A DNA stretch of 61,695 bases, from contig JBJEYC010000052.1 in assembly GCA_051886435.1 (NCBI GenBank), positions 1 through 61,695 of the forward strand, in the 5' to 3' direction. Below the pieces are notes generated by a model. The model worked only from the letters and a program-made list of their open reading frames with translations, was not told the DNA's origin and did no database searches. The stretch's first letter is position 1. Each line of letters starts with the position of its first letter. A program made the translations under genes and the position numbers. The DNA comes from Lachnospiraceae bacterium (GTDB lineage: Bacteria > Bacillota > Clostridia > Lachnospirales > Lachnospiraceae). Below, piece by piece: positions 37,584 through 47,380 of this stretch.

Positions 37584-38891
37584 TTACCGAAGTCCTCCGG
37601 TGTAGCCGAATGCCCAAGGCAGGCAAAGACTGATGGCCGGAATGAAGGTGATGAGCAGGAGTGCTATGATCATCATGAAGTAGAAGGGCAGCTCTGCCTT
37701 GACCACCTTCTCCATCGGGCGCTTTGCAATGGCGGAGCCGATGAAGAGCACGGAGCCAACGGGCGGAGTCAGAAGGCCGATGCCGCAGTTGAGCACCAGG
37801 ATGATGCCGTACTGGACCGGGTCGATGCCGATGGACGTTGCGATCGGAAGCAGGATGGGCGTGGAGATCAGGATGATCGGCGCCATATCCATGATGCAGC
37901 CCAGAAGCAGCAGGATCAGGTTCAGGAGCAGGGCGATGACATAGGGGTTGTCAGAGACACCCTCGATGGCCCTTGCGGCGATCTCCGGCACATGGAGCTG
38001 GGTCAGAAGATAGCCGAACACGCTGGAGGTGGAGATCAGGATGAGCACGATGCTCAGGGTATCCACGCACTGATCCAGTGCCTTCCAGACGCCCTTCCAG
38101 TCCAGTCCCTTGTAGACGTAGACGGAGATGATCAGCGAGTAGATGACCGCGATGGCGGCGGACTCGGTGGCGGTGAACAGACCTGCCACGACGCCGATGA
38201 CCACGATCAGCAGGGCCGACAGAGCCCAGATGGAGCGGACCAGCTCATGGCCGAGCCGCTTGATCGAGAACGCATCCCCCTTGGGATAGTGGCGCTTCTT
38301 GGAGATGATGTAGGAGCCGATCATCAGGGAGACCGCCAGCACAGCGCCCGGAAGATATCCGGCCAGGAACAGGGAGCCGACGGAGATACCGCCCGCCGTC
38401 GTCGCATAGATGACCATGTTGTGAGACGGGGGAACCAGCATGCCCTCGACGGAGGAAGAAATCGTGACTGCTGTCGAGAAATCGACATCATAGCCGCGGT
38501 CTACCATCATCGGGATCTCAAGGGAACCCAGGGAAGCGGTGTCCGCGGATGCGGAACCGGAGATGCCGCCGAAGAAGTAGGACGCCACGATATTCACCAT
38601 GGCCAGTCCACCGGTCATCCAGCCGACGCAGGCATCTGCCAGATCCAGCAGCTTTTCCGAAATACCGCCGGAACCCATCAGAACGCCCATCGTGATAAAG
38701 AACGGAACCGCCATCAGGGAGAAGGAGCTGATGCCCTTGACCATTCTCTGGCAGAGAATGGAAAGGTTCGTGCCCTGATAGAGCAGGGTCATAATCGAGG
38801 AGAGCGCCACCGCGTAAGCGATGGGGAAGCGCAGAAAGATCATGACCAGGAACGAGATCAAGAGAATTGCAATGGCCACACTCTGGCTCAT
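37584..38891 (-). CDS. TRAP transporter large permease (DctM)
   Basis: AVPFFI, GGISGSASAD, FTATES, GLLTPPVG. Confidence 0.95.
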   Translation of the reverse strand: MSQSVAIAILLISFLVMIFLRFPIAYAVALSSIMTLLYQGTNLSILCQRMVKGISSFSLMAVPFFITMGVLMGSGGISEKLLDLADACVGWMTGGLAMVNIVASYFFGGISGSASADTASLGSLEIPMMVDRGYDVDFSTAVTISSSVEGMLVPPSHNMVIYATTAGGISVGSLFLAGYLPGAVLAVSLMIGSYIISKKRHYPKGDAFSIKRLGHELVRSIWALSALLIVVIGVVAGLFTATESAAIAVIYSLIISVYVYKGLDWKGVWKALDQCVDTLSIVLILISTSSVFGYLLTQLHVPEIAARAIEGVSDNPYVIALLLNLILLLLGCIMDMAPIILISTPILLPIATSIGIDPVQYGIILVLNCGIGLLTPPVGSVLFIGSAIAKRPMEKVVKAELPFYFMMIIALLLITFIPAISLCLPWAFGYTGGLR

Positions 38892-39421
38892 ACCTTTGCC
38901 TCCTTGTCATCCGGAATGAAGAACGCCTCGATGTGCTTGGTGATCTGCTCAATCTCGAAGACGATCATGAAGAATCCCGCCAGCGGGATCGGGAAATACT
39001 GCCAGAACTTGGATACCTTCGGGAGAGAAACCAGTCTTCCCTTGGCACCGACCTGCAGGGCGTACTGTAAGCCGACCACCAGCATGATGATGCCGAGGAT
39101 CAGCACGGCAACATCCGCGACGACGTCCAGGGTCTTGACAACCTTGGGCGGCAGATACCGGTCAAAGGTGGTCATACGGATGTGGGCATTGCGCCGGATT
39201 GCCAGCGCCGCCGACAGCACCGCCATGTAGCTCATCAGAATAAGCACGATCTCCTCGGACCAGGCGGGGTCCGGGATCACCAGGACGAAACGGCCGATGA
39301 CAGACTCTGTGGTAATGCAGATATCCGCAATCAGAAGGAGTTTGCAGATCAGCATCAGCAGGGAGTACATCTTGTCGTACACCACTTCAGCCTTTTTGAG
39401 TTTTTGAAAGATTTCAGGCAT
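38888..39421 (-). CDS. TRAP transporter small permease (DctQ)
   Basis: WSEE, AHIRM, four TMs. Confidence 0.9.
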   Translation of the reverse strand: MPEIFQKLKKAEVVYDKMYSLLMLICKLLLIADICITTESVIGRFVLVIPDPAWSEEIVLILMSYMAVLSAALAIRRNAHIRMTTFDRYLPPKVVKTLDVVADVAVLILGIIMLVVGLQYALQVGAKGRLVSLPKVSKFWQYFPIPLAGFFMIVFEIEQITKHIEAFFIPDDKEAKV

Positions 39422-39505
39422 GATAAACCTCCAGCTCAGAAAAACGAAGCGGCGGTATATGCCGCCGCCCCGTTTGCCACAAGATCAGGGAAAGATGCCG
39501 GTCGC

Positions 39506-40675
39506 TCAGTCTGCAAGATCCAGGATCTTCTGATACAGATCCGGGTTGTCTGCGGTTGCACTGGAGATGGTGTTCTGGCAAGCTTCCTGCCAAGGGGTCT
39601 TGTCCGGAACATCGACGATGTTGACACCGTCTGCCTTCAGCTGCTCGATGGTATCGTCCTCAGTCTGCTGAGAAACCTGCTGATCATAGTCCTGTGCCAC
39701 CACAGCGGCATCTGCCAGCACCTGCTGCTGGTTCTCGGTCAGGCTGTTGTATGCGCCGTCGGAGATGACGATCTCGATGACGCCCAGGGTGTGCTCATCG
39801 CGGATCAGGTTCGGAGCAACCTCCTGGAAGGCGTTGGACATGTAGTTCGGGACGGGCTGCTCAGCGCCGTCAACCACACCGGTCTGCAGTGCGGAGTAGA
39901 GCTCGTTGAAGTCGACGACGGTGGGGTTGGCGCCCAGGTCGTTCACCATGCCGGTCATGATCGGGTCATTGGAGACACGAAGCTTCATGCCCTTGAGGTC
40001 CTCGAGGCCAGAGATCGGATCCACCGTGAAGAAATCACGGAAGCCCTCCTCGCCGTAGAACAGGCCGCGGACGCCGGTGCCGATCTCCTCGGACTCATCC
40101 AGGAACTCCTTTGCCACATCGCTCTTTGCGAACTTCCAGAAGTGATCGCGGGAGACGAAGGTGAACGGCACGGTCAGGAGCGAAGTCTTGGTGCAGCCGT
40201 AGTTGGAAAGTGCGAAAGCGGAGATACGCGCAATGTCGATGTCGTTGCCGCCGGCAGTCATGGTATCAAGGACAGCGGACTCATCGCCGAGCACGCCGGA
40301 GCCCTGCAGATCGATCGTGATGGAGCCGCCGGACATGGCCTCAACGGCCTCCTTGAACTTGGTGTCCACCTTGCCGACCGTGGTGGTATCCAGCGGGTTG
40401 ACCTCTGCCATCGTCAGGGTGACTGCAGGATCTGCTGCTGCCGCCTCGTTGACGGTGTAGTCGCTGCTGTCCGAAGACGCTGCCTCGGTGGTATCCGCAG
40501 CTGCCTCAGTGGTGTCTGCGGAAGCCTCTGTGGCTGTTGCAGCTGCCGCATCGGTGGCTGCTGCGGTGGATGCGGTGGAAGAAGCAGTTGTGCTGCTTCC
40601 GGAGAGGCCGCAGCCTGCCAGCATGGAAGCCGCCATAGCAGCGGTCATTACGATTCCGACGATTTTCTTTTTCAT
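39506..40675 (-). CDS. TRAP transporter substrate-binding lipoprotein (DctP family)
   Basis: Lipobox LAGC, Ala/Thr-rich linker, KGMKLRV, ALQTGVVDGAE. Confidence 0.9.
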   Translation of the reverse strand: MKKKIVGIVMTAAMAASMLAGCGLSGSSTTASSTASTAAATDAAAATATEASADTTEAAADTTEAASSDSSDYTVNEAAAADPAVTLTMAEVNPLDTTTVGKVDTKFKEAVEAMSGGSITIDLQGSGVLGDESAVLDTMTAGGNDIDIARISAFALSNYGCTKTSLLTVPFTFVSRDHFWKFAKSDVAKEFLDESEEIGTGVRGLFYGEEGFRDFFTVDPISGLEDLKGMKLRVSNDPIMTGMVNDLGANPTVVDFNELYSALQTGVVDGAEQPVPNYMSNAFQEVAPNLIRDEHTLGVIEIVISDGAYNSLTENQQQVLADAAVVAQDYDQQVSQQTEDDTIEQLKADGVNIVDVPDKTPWQEACQNTISSATADNPDLYQKILDLAD

Positions 40676-40916
40676 ATAGGTACCCTCCCTATCCTGCCCT
40701 TACCCGCCTCCCAGGGGGGATTTGGCGTGTAAGCGCTTACTTTTTGTACATTTTTTATTATATGTTCCCGATTTCTTAATGGATATAGTACATTTTTTAC
40801 ATATGGGGATTTTCTTTACCTGTTTTTTGCAAGATTTGGCTGATTCAGAAATGGGCAAAAAGGAAGGGCCTCCCGCCCGGGAGAGGCCCTTTGGTGCTGC
40901 ATCGGGATTCTGTTTG

Positions 40917-41666
40917 TCAGCCCGCCATCGACTGCAGGTACTCGGTGGGGCTCATGCCGGTGACCCGGCGGAAGACCTTGGCAAAGTAGTTGGGATCGGC
41001 ATAGCCCACCGTCCGTCCCACCTCGCGGATGTTGGTCTCCTTCCCGGCAAGCTTTTCCTTTGCCCGCTCAATCCGGTAGTCCGTCAGGAAGGAGACAAAG
41101 CTCTTGCCGAAGTGCTGCTTGAAGATCCGGCAGAAGTAGGCATCCGCATAGCCGAAGTGTCCCGCCACGTCCTGCACCGAGAGATCCTCCGCGTAGTGCG
41201 CCTTTACGTAGGAGAGGATTTTGTCCTCCTGCTCCGGGGCGGCCTTGGGCTCTGCGGTGCTGGCATTCTCCCGGGGGACTCTGCGCCCGCTCTCCTGGGC
41301 AGCCCGGATGCCCTCCTCCACCGCCGCGGTCAGCTCCGCGTCGTCGGCGGGCTTCAGGATGTAATCCAGTGCCCGGACGGAAATCGCCTTCTTGGCATAG
41401 GAAAACTCGTCAAAGGCCGTGAGAAAAATGATGCTGCAGTCCCGATCCGTCTCCCGGATCCGCTCCGCCGCCTCGAGCCCGGAGATCCCCGGCATCCGCA
41501 CGTCCAGGATGAGAATCTGCGGCTTCCAGGCAGCATACCGCTCAAGCACCTCCCGCCCGTTTTCCACGGCCTGCACCTCGCAGGTCTCCCCGAACAGCTT
41601 TTTCAGTTTCTTCTCCAGCGCCATGCGCTCGATCTGCTCATCATCCGCAATCAGAATTCGCACCAT
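40917..41666 (-). CDS. YesN-like response regulator (REC plus AraC)
   Basis: ILIADDE, LDVRMP, C-terminal AraC HTH. Confidence 0.9.
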   Translation of the reverse strand: MVRILIADDEQIERMALEKKLKKLFGETCEVQAVENGREVLERYAAWKPQILILDVRMPGISGLEAAERIRETDRDCSIIFLTAFDEFSYAKKAISVRALDYILKPADDAELTAAVEEGIRAAQESGRRVPRENASTAEPKAAPEQEDKILSYVKAHYAEDLSVQDVAGHFGYADAYFCRIFKQHFGKSFVSFLTDYRIERAKEKLAGKETNIREVGRTVGYADPNYFAKVFRRVTGMSPTEYLQSMAG

Positions 41667-43179
41667 CTTCGTTCTCTTCCCCTCTGTTCTCCTCCGGGCG
41701 CTTTTTCGGGAGCACGATCCGCACCAGCGTGCCCGTGCTGCTGCTCTCAAGCTCCATTCTGCCGCCGGGATACCCCTGCCGGATTCTGCGGCAGATGTTG
41801 CCCAGGCCGATGCCCAGAATCTTCCCGCTGCCCTCATTTTGCAGCGCCTGCTGCATGGCGGCCAGTTTTTCCGCCCCGATTCCCACGCCGTCATCCGCAA
41901 CCGTGATCTCACAGCCCTCTCCAAAGGGACGGAAGGAAATCTGAATGCTCCCGCCTTCTTCCCGCACGCCGATGCCATGGACCACCGCATTTTCCACCAG
42001 GGGCTGGAGCGTAAAGACTGGCACACTGATCTGGTCCGGATTCAGATCTCCCTCAACCGAGAAGGAGAAGTTCAGCCGGCTGCCAAAGCGCATCTTCTGC
42101 AGGTACAGATAGTCCTTCGCGATGGCAATCTCCTGGGAGAGGGACACGAACTGGCTCGTCGTGTGCAGGTTGTATCGGAAAATATTGGAGAGCGCTCTCG
42201 TCATCTGCGCCGTGGTCGGCGCCTCCTCCAGCTCTGCCATGCCCGCGATCGTGTTCAGCGTGTTGAACAGGTAGTGGGGATGGATCTGGCTCTGCAGAAG
42301 ATCGAGTCTTGCGGTCTCGAGCTGCTTCTCCATCTGCGTCCGGGAGAGCTCTGCGCGGTAGACCTTCGCCTCCAGCTCCTGGTTCTCCCGCAGCACCCGG
42401 ATGTTTTCCGCGGTGGCATGCTTCATCGCATTGAAATTGGTCACCAGCGTGCCGATCTCATCCCGATTCTTCACGGTCACGTCCGCACCGGAAAAATCCC
42501 CCTCCGCGATCTTCTCCGCTGCGGCGGAGAGCTTTGTCAGAGGATCCACGATGGATCCCGTCAGAAGGCCGGTCAGAAGGAAGGACCCCGCCGCCATCAG
42601 GACGACGGAGAGCCACATGCCCCAGCTCAGGACACGGTACAGGGGCTGCTTTGCCTCATAGTGGGAGGAGCTGTCCTCCACCGTCAGGGAAATCAGGCCG
42701 CTGATGTAGTTCAGCATGATGTTCTGCCGGTCGTAGACTTCGTAGAGCTCGCTGATCGAACCGTTCTGGTCCAGATCCAGCGCGGCCACCGCGTCCCGCG
42801 CCGTCTCATAGCTGGCGTAGGCATTGCGCAGGTTCCGGGTTCTGGCAAAGCGCTCGAGGCTGATGCGCCCCACATCGTCCGGAAGGAGGGAGAGTGCCTG
42901 TCTCGTCGCGGTGCAGGCCGCCTCATAGTCCTGCCGGTTCTGATCGGTCCTTGCGCGCAGGTAGTGCTGAAAGGCGGTCTTTTCCGCACCAAGGCAGGTC
43001 TGCACGGATTCGCAGGCCGACAGATCAGAAAACCCCTGCCCGACATCCCGCACCTCCCCGTTCTGGACGATGATATTCAAGCCGGCAGCCAGCAGCACCA
43101 CCGCAAGAAGACCCACGTTTAACACGTGCATCTTGGTCCGGATCGGCAGATCAAGCCACAATCGCCAAAGTCGTTTCAT
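41641..43179 (-). CDS. YesM/LytS-like sensor histidine kinase
   Basis: HAMP, QIHPHYLFNTLN, LQPLVENAVVHG. Confidence 0.9.
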   Translation of the reverse strand: MKRLWRLWLDLPIRTKMHVLNVGLLAVVLLAAGLNIIVQNGEVRDVGQGFSDLSACESVQTCLGAEKTAFQHYLRARTDQNRQDYEAACTATRQALSLLPDDVGRISLERFARTRNLRNAYASYETARDAVAALDLDQNGSISELYEVYDRQNIMLNYISGLISLTVEDSSSHYEAKQPLYRVLSWGMWLSVVLMAAGSFLLTGLLTGSIVDPLTKLSAAAEKIAEGDFSGADVTVKNRDEIGTLVTNFNAMKHATAENIRVLRENQELEAKVYRAELSRTQMEKQLETARLDLLQSQIHPHYLFNTLNTIAGMAELEEAPTTAQMTRALSNIFRYNLHTTSQFVSLSQEIAIAKDYLYLQKMRFGSRLNFSFSVEGDLNPDQISVPVFTLQPLVENAVVHGIGVREEGGSIQISFRPFGEGCEITVADDGVGIGAEKLAAMQQALQNEGSGKILGIGLGNICRRIRQGYPGGRMELESSSTGTLVRIVLPKKRPEENRGEENEDGANSDCG

Positions 43180-43254
43180 ATCGGTTATTATACTGTTTGC
43201 AGGTTCGATTGGGTACGCCTTATAATTACCACCACATACAGGAGGAGGAACGCA

Positions 43255-43353
43255 ATGCCTTCAATCTTCAATGTTCTGATCTGCACCCTGGCGCTGCTCG
43301 TCGGGATCCTGATCGGCAAAAAGTACAAAAACTGGAAGGACGGAAAGAAATGA
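43255..43353 (+). CDS. Small single-TM peptide (32 aa)
   Basis: AGGAGGAGG RBS; MPSIFNVLICTLALLVGILIGKKYKNWKDGKK; ATGA overlap with the cupin gene. Confidence 0.55.
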   Translation: MPSIFNVLICTLALLVGILIGKKYKNWKDGKK

Positions 43354-43688
43354 AAAACGACAGATGGGTATCCTATGCGGATACCATACCAGAGGACAAC
43401 GGTGCTGGAGTGGTGAAGCGGGTGCTCGCCTACTCGGATGACCTGATGCTGGTGGAAAATCACTTTCAAAAGGGTGCCGTGGGGGCCATGCACCACCACA
43501 GCAACACCCAGATCACCTACGTGGTGAGCGGCGTCTTCCGTTTTACAATCGGAAACGAGACAAAAGTGGTGCACGCGGGCGACACGCTCCTCAAAAAAGA
43601 CGGCGTGGAGCACGGGTGCGTCTGCCTCGAGGAGGGCGTCCTTCTCGACACCTTCACCCCGTACCGGAAGGACTTTGTCAAGGACTGA
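43350..43688 (+). CDS. Cupin domain protein, KdgF-like (pectin degradation)
   Basis: GVVKRVLAY, HHH...QITYV, HGCVCLEEG, FTPYRKDF. Confidence 0.8.
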   Translation: MKNDRWVSYADTIPEDNGAGVVKRVLAYSDDLMLVENHFQKGAVGAMHHHSNTQITYVVSGVFRFTIGNETKVVHAGDTLLKKDGVEHGCVCLEEGVLLDTFTPYRKDFVKD

Positions 43689-43761
43689 AAGACCAGCTCA
43701 CAAAGTGGGCCCGAAAAAGGAGCACGGCGGCGCCGCGCTCCTTTTGTCATATCTCTGAAGA

Positions 43762-44394
43762 TTATTCCTCCATGGCCTCTGCCGCAGGCTGTTTTTTCTG
43801 CCCCGCGATCTCCAGCACCGCCGGCTGGATGCAGCGGCGCATCGCGCGCTTTCTCGTCCGGCACCAGAGCTGAGCCGTTGCCCTGGCATCCACCAGGCCG
43901 TCGTGGGCGTGGCCGCTGTAGCGGATGCCGCTGACCGCCACCGCCTTCTCCAGGGCAAGGCCCCGGCGGATGTTGAAGAAGCTGCTGAACTCCCGCTGGA
44001 AGTCGTGCCAGTGGGAAAACATGTACTTGAGGCCGGGGGAGAGGCGCAGATGCTTCAGCCGGATCTCGTGCCGCAGCTGCCAGAGGTCACAGGAGCTCCA
44101 GGAGTAGATCAGATAGTCCCGGCCGCACCAGGACAGAAAGTCCGGGAGGACCTTCTCAAAGGTCTTCTCCCCGGCCACCATCTGTGTCGTGATGCCGGTC
44201 AGCTCCTCGATGACGGGGAAGATCTCCTCGCTGTAGACGGGCTTCACAAACCGGCGAAAACTCCGGATCTCCCGATTGTTTTCGTCAAGCATCACGGCGC
44301 CGATCTCGATGACCTCCGTGCTGCAGATTGCCCGCTCCGCCTCCCGCTCCTCGGGAATGCCGTTCATCTCCAGGTCGATAAAGATACGATTCAT
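43762..44394 (-). CDS. DEDDh 3'-5' exonuclease (KapD/ERI1-like)
   Basis: IDLEM, IEIGAV, LTGIT, HDGLVDARAT. Confidence 0.85.
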   Translation of the reverse strand: MNRIFIDLEMNGIPEEREAERAICSTEVIEIGAVMLDENNREIRSFRRFVKPVYSEEIFPVIEELTGITTQMVAGEKTFEKVLPDFLSWCGRDYLIYSWSSCDLWQLRHEIRLKHLRLSPGLKYMFSHWHDFQREFSSFFNIRRGLALEKAVAVSGIRYSGHAHDGLVDARATAQLWCRTRKRAMRRCIQPAVLEIAGQKKQPAAEAMEE

Positions 44395-44515
44395 GTGTTT
44401 CCTGCCCTGTGTGCTTTTGCCAAATCGTCCGTCACCCCGCACAGGTTCTGTCCGGGTGCCGGTGTCAAAACACGCCTATCTTACCCGGGATCGGCGCCCG
44501 CCGCAATCCCCGGAA

Positions 44516-45529
44516 TTACTCCGGGGCCCTTTCGTACCGTTCCACCATCCCCAAAAGCGCGTTTTTAATGCGCTCTCTGAGGGCTGCCGGCGCCAAAACC
44601 TCTACGCTCTCCCCGTACTGCAGCGCCCAGTAGAAGATCGAATTCTCATTGCAGAAGACCCGGACCTTCACGTACGTCTCGTCCTGGGCAAGGATCAGAA
44701 AGTCCCGGCCGAACCAGTCGATGAGATCTCCCATGCTCTCCTTCTTAGCCCGGAGGATGATCGAGCTGCTCCTGCCGCTGAACATGTAGAAGTGCTCCGC
44801 CATGTGCCGAGGCAGATCCAGGCCGTTCTCCATGCCGGGAATCTCGGAGAGCTTCTTGCCCGCGATCTCCACCCTTGCGACATCCGTCATGCGGTCGATC
44901 CGATAGTAGACGAGATCGTTCCGGAACCCGTCATAGCAGATCAGGTAGTAGCGCCCGTTTCCTGCCACCATCTGGTAGGGCGTCACGTCCCGGGGATTGC
45001 GCCCCGAGGGGTGGAGCCGAAAATCCGTCCCGTACCGGTTGTAAACAAAGCGGATCTGCATCCCATCGTCGATCGCGTCGTTGATCACCGCGATGGAGCG
45101 CAGCACCTGCCGGTTATCCGTATGCTGCAGCTCCGGGAGGTTTGCCACATGGGAGACCTTGTTCTCAAAGTATACGCTGCCAAGGCGCTCGAGCTTGTGG
45201 ATCAGCGCCTGGGCCTGCTCCTTCGAGATCGACTTGGAGAACAGTACCGAGTCCACCAGAACCCGCAGCTCCGCGTCGTCAAAGGGGCGGGAAGTCAGGT
45301 GGTACTTCTCGTGCTCATCCCGGTCCACCCGGTGGCCGATGGCATTTAAAAAGGCGATGTTGCTGACCACAGTCCTGCGGTCGCACTTGGCGTTGTAATC
45401 CGCCTTGAGGCGGCGCAGGATCTGCTGCTGGGTCAGACCATGCTCCTGATCCGTATAATCGTGCAAAACCTGCAGAATCAGGATGCCGATCATCCGCCGC
45501 TGAATTTCCTCCATCGAAGTGTCTGCCAT
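44516..45529 (-). CDS. WYL domain transcriptional regulator
   Basis: N-terminal wHTH; PYQM..NGRYYLI and YRIDRM WYL motifs. Confidence 0.9.
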   Translation of the reverse strand: MADTSMEEIQRRMIGILILQVLHDYTDQEHGLTQQQILRRLKADYNAKCDRRTVVSNIAFLNAIGHRVDRDEHEKYHLTSRPFDDAELRVLVDSVLFSKSISKEQAQALIHKLERLGSVYFENKVSHVANLPELQHTDNRQVLRSIAVINDAIDDGMQIRFVYNRYGTDFRLHPSGRNPRDVTPYQMVAGNGRYYLICYDGFRNDLVYYRIDRMTDVARVEIAGKKLSEIPGMENGLDLPRHMAEHFYMFSGRSSSIILRAKKESMGDLIDWFGRDFLILAQDETYVKVRVFCNENSIFYWALQYGESVEVLAPAALRERIKNALLGMVERYERAPE

Positions 45530-45575
45530 GCCGTCCCCTTTCTGCCCCTGCCTGCGGCAGCGGGCAAACTCTGCC

Positions 45576-46136
45576 TCACGCCATCTCCCACCTTGCGGGA
45601 ATCCGGTCCGGAATCGTAAAAAGCTCTGCTGCCGGGGGCTCTCCCTCCTGAAGGGTCAGAACTGCATAGGACTTCTTGCCAAGGCGTGGTCTGGAGATGC
45701 TGCCCGGATTGAGAAGCAGGATCCCGTTTCCCGTCTCGCAGACCGGCACATGGGTGTGCCCAAAGCACACCACATCGGCCCCCTGTTCCCGGGCAGCCAG
45801 GCTGATCCTTTCCGGGGATGTACTCACGCCGTACCGGTCCCCGTGGGCCGCAAAAATCCGATGCCCGCAGACACAGAGCAGCAAAAGCTGCGGATACCTT
45901 CCGGTGTCCATATTTCCCCGAACGCACCGCACAAGATAGGGCGGCGTTTTCCCGAGGATGCCCGCAAGATCTCCCTCCACATCACCCAGGTGCAGGAGAA
46001 GATCCACGGGAAGTGCCTGCCCGATGGCATAGCGAAGGTTCCCGTTCCCGCCATGAGAGTCGCTGATGACCAGTATCCGGGCTTTTGTCTTCTCCGGAAA
46101 GAGCACTTCTTCGCCTGCCGCACTAAGATTTCTCAT
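45576..46136 (-). CDS. Metallophosphoesterase (YfcE family)
   Basis: SDSHG, HLGD, RGNMD, HG, GHTH, NPGS. Confidence 0.9.
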   Translation of the reverse strand: MRNLSAAGEEVLFPEKTKARILVISDSHGGNGNLRYAIGQALPVDLLLHLGDVEGDLAGILGKTPPYLVRCVRGNMDTGRYPQLLLLCVCGHRIFAAHGDRYGVSTSPERISLAAREQGADVVCFGHTHVPVCETGNGILLLNPGSISRPRLGKKSYAVLTLQEGEPPAAELFTIPDRIPARWEMA

Positions 46137-47322
46137 GGCTCTCCTCTCCCCGGTCTTTCAGCCGGATCACCGCCGCCAGCGGTGCCCGCTGCACCCGCAT
46201 GGCCCCGGTCGGACAGAACTCCTGACAGCAAAAGCAGCGGATGCACGCCCGCCGGTTGATGACGGGTTTTCCATCTTTCATCGTGATCGCCCTGCCGGGG
46301 CAGATCCTGCTGCACCCGCCGCAGCCGATGCAGGCGCTCTCATGCACCTTCGGCCTCGTGGAAAACAACAGCCGCATCAGCCCCGGCGTGAGCTTTCCCA
46401 AAGGGCCTGTTCCGCCAAAAAGGGTGGACTTTGGCACCGCCGGCACAAAGTCCAAAAGACGGTACTCTGCAAGGTCTGCCCCCACAACTTCCACCTGCGC
46501 AGGATGGGAAGGCCCCAGTCCCCGATCCCTTGCCGCCAGGATCGTCTCCACCTCCTCCGGCGCCATGCCGATGCAGGCGCTTCCCACCATATCCAGACAA
46601 TAGGGGGAGGTACTGGCAAGCAGAAGCCCCAAATGCCGCGGCGTCCCTGCGGTTGGGCCATTTCCCTCCATGCACTCCACCGCGTCCGTCAGGGACAGGA
46701 CCGGGCGGAAGTACTCATTCAGATCCACCAGCATGTCCGCAAAGGCCCGTTTTTGTGGAAACCTCGCGTGATACTCCGGCTTGGTCAGACCCGGAATCGT
46801 GCCGAAGAGGTTCTTGACCGCTCCCGTCATTCCCATCATGCCGTGGGATTTGAGCTTGGAAAAGTTGATGAGGACATCGCAGGAGGAAAGCCACCCGGTG
46901 CAGTTGAAGGACCGGAGGGACTTTGCCTCCGGAAAGGCGGCATTCTTCACCGAGAAGTCCTGGTTCAGGCAAACGCCCTCCCGAACCAGGGGCTCCAGGC
47001 CGCAGGTGCGGTAGACGTTATGAAGGGCCGCCTCCGTGAAGACACCCCCCGGGCTGTCCCCGAGTACCACACTGGCGCCAAGATCCGTGATCATCCGGCA
47101 CAGAGCAGACAAAAGCGCCGGAGAGGTGGTTGCTGCCTTCTCCGGCGCCATCGCAGAGACCAGGTTGCACTTGATGCCGACCCGCATGCCGGGTTTGACA
47201 TAGCGCGAAAGGCCTCCGAGGAGGGACAATGCCTCCCCGCAGGCCCGCGTGGTCTCTTCTTCACTGTAGTCACGGCAGGGAACGGCTGCCACCCGCCCCT
47301 TGTGAAACCCGTCGTCTGTCAT
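46123..47322 (-). CDS. DUF362 domain protein with C-terminal 2x[4Fe-4S] ferredoxin
   Basis: KLKSH..MTGAVKNLFG, EGNGP, CIGCGGCSRICP and CIRCFCCQEFCP. Confidence 0.85.
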   Translation of the reverse strand: MTDDGFHKGRVAAVPCRDYSEEETTRACGEALSLLGGLSRYVKPGMRVGIKCNLVSAMAPEKAATTSPALLSALCRMITDLGASVVLGDSPGGVFTEAALHNVYRTCGLEPLVREGVCLNQDFSVKNAAFPEAKSLRSFNCTGWLSSCDVLINFSKLKSHGMMGMTGAVKNLFGTIPGLTKPEYHARFPQKRAFADMLVDLNEYFRPVLSLTDAVECMEGNGPTAGTPRHLGLLLASTSPYCLDMVGSACIGMAPEEVETILAARDRGLGPSHPAQVEVVGADLAEYRLLDFVPAVPKSTLFGGTGPLGKLTPGLMRLLFSTRPKVHESACIGCGGCSRICPGRAITMKDGKPVINRRACIRCFCCQEFCPTGAMRVQRAPLAAVIRLKDRGEESHEKS

Positions 47323-47380
47323 CTGCGTCCTCCGCGGTGCTGTCTTTTGGGGACGATTATACCGCATCCCTGCCGGCAAG

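Noticed and set aside
40430-40600. Repetitive GCA/GCT-rich DNA in dctP (similar tracts at 34370-34520 and 51840-52020)
   Set aside because: Explained by low-complexity Ala/Thr/Ser/Gly protein linkers, not independent repeat elements.
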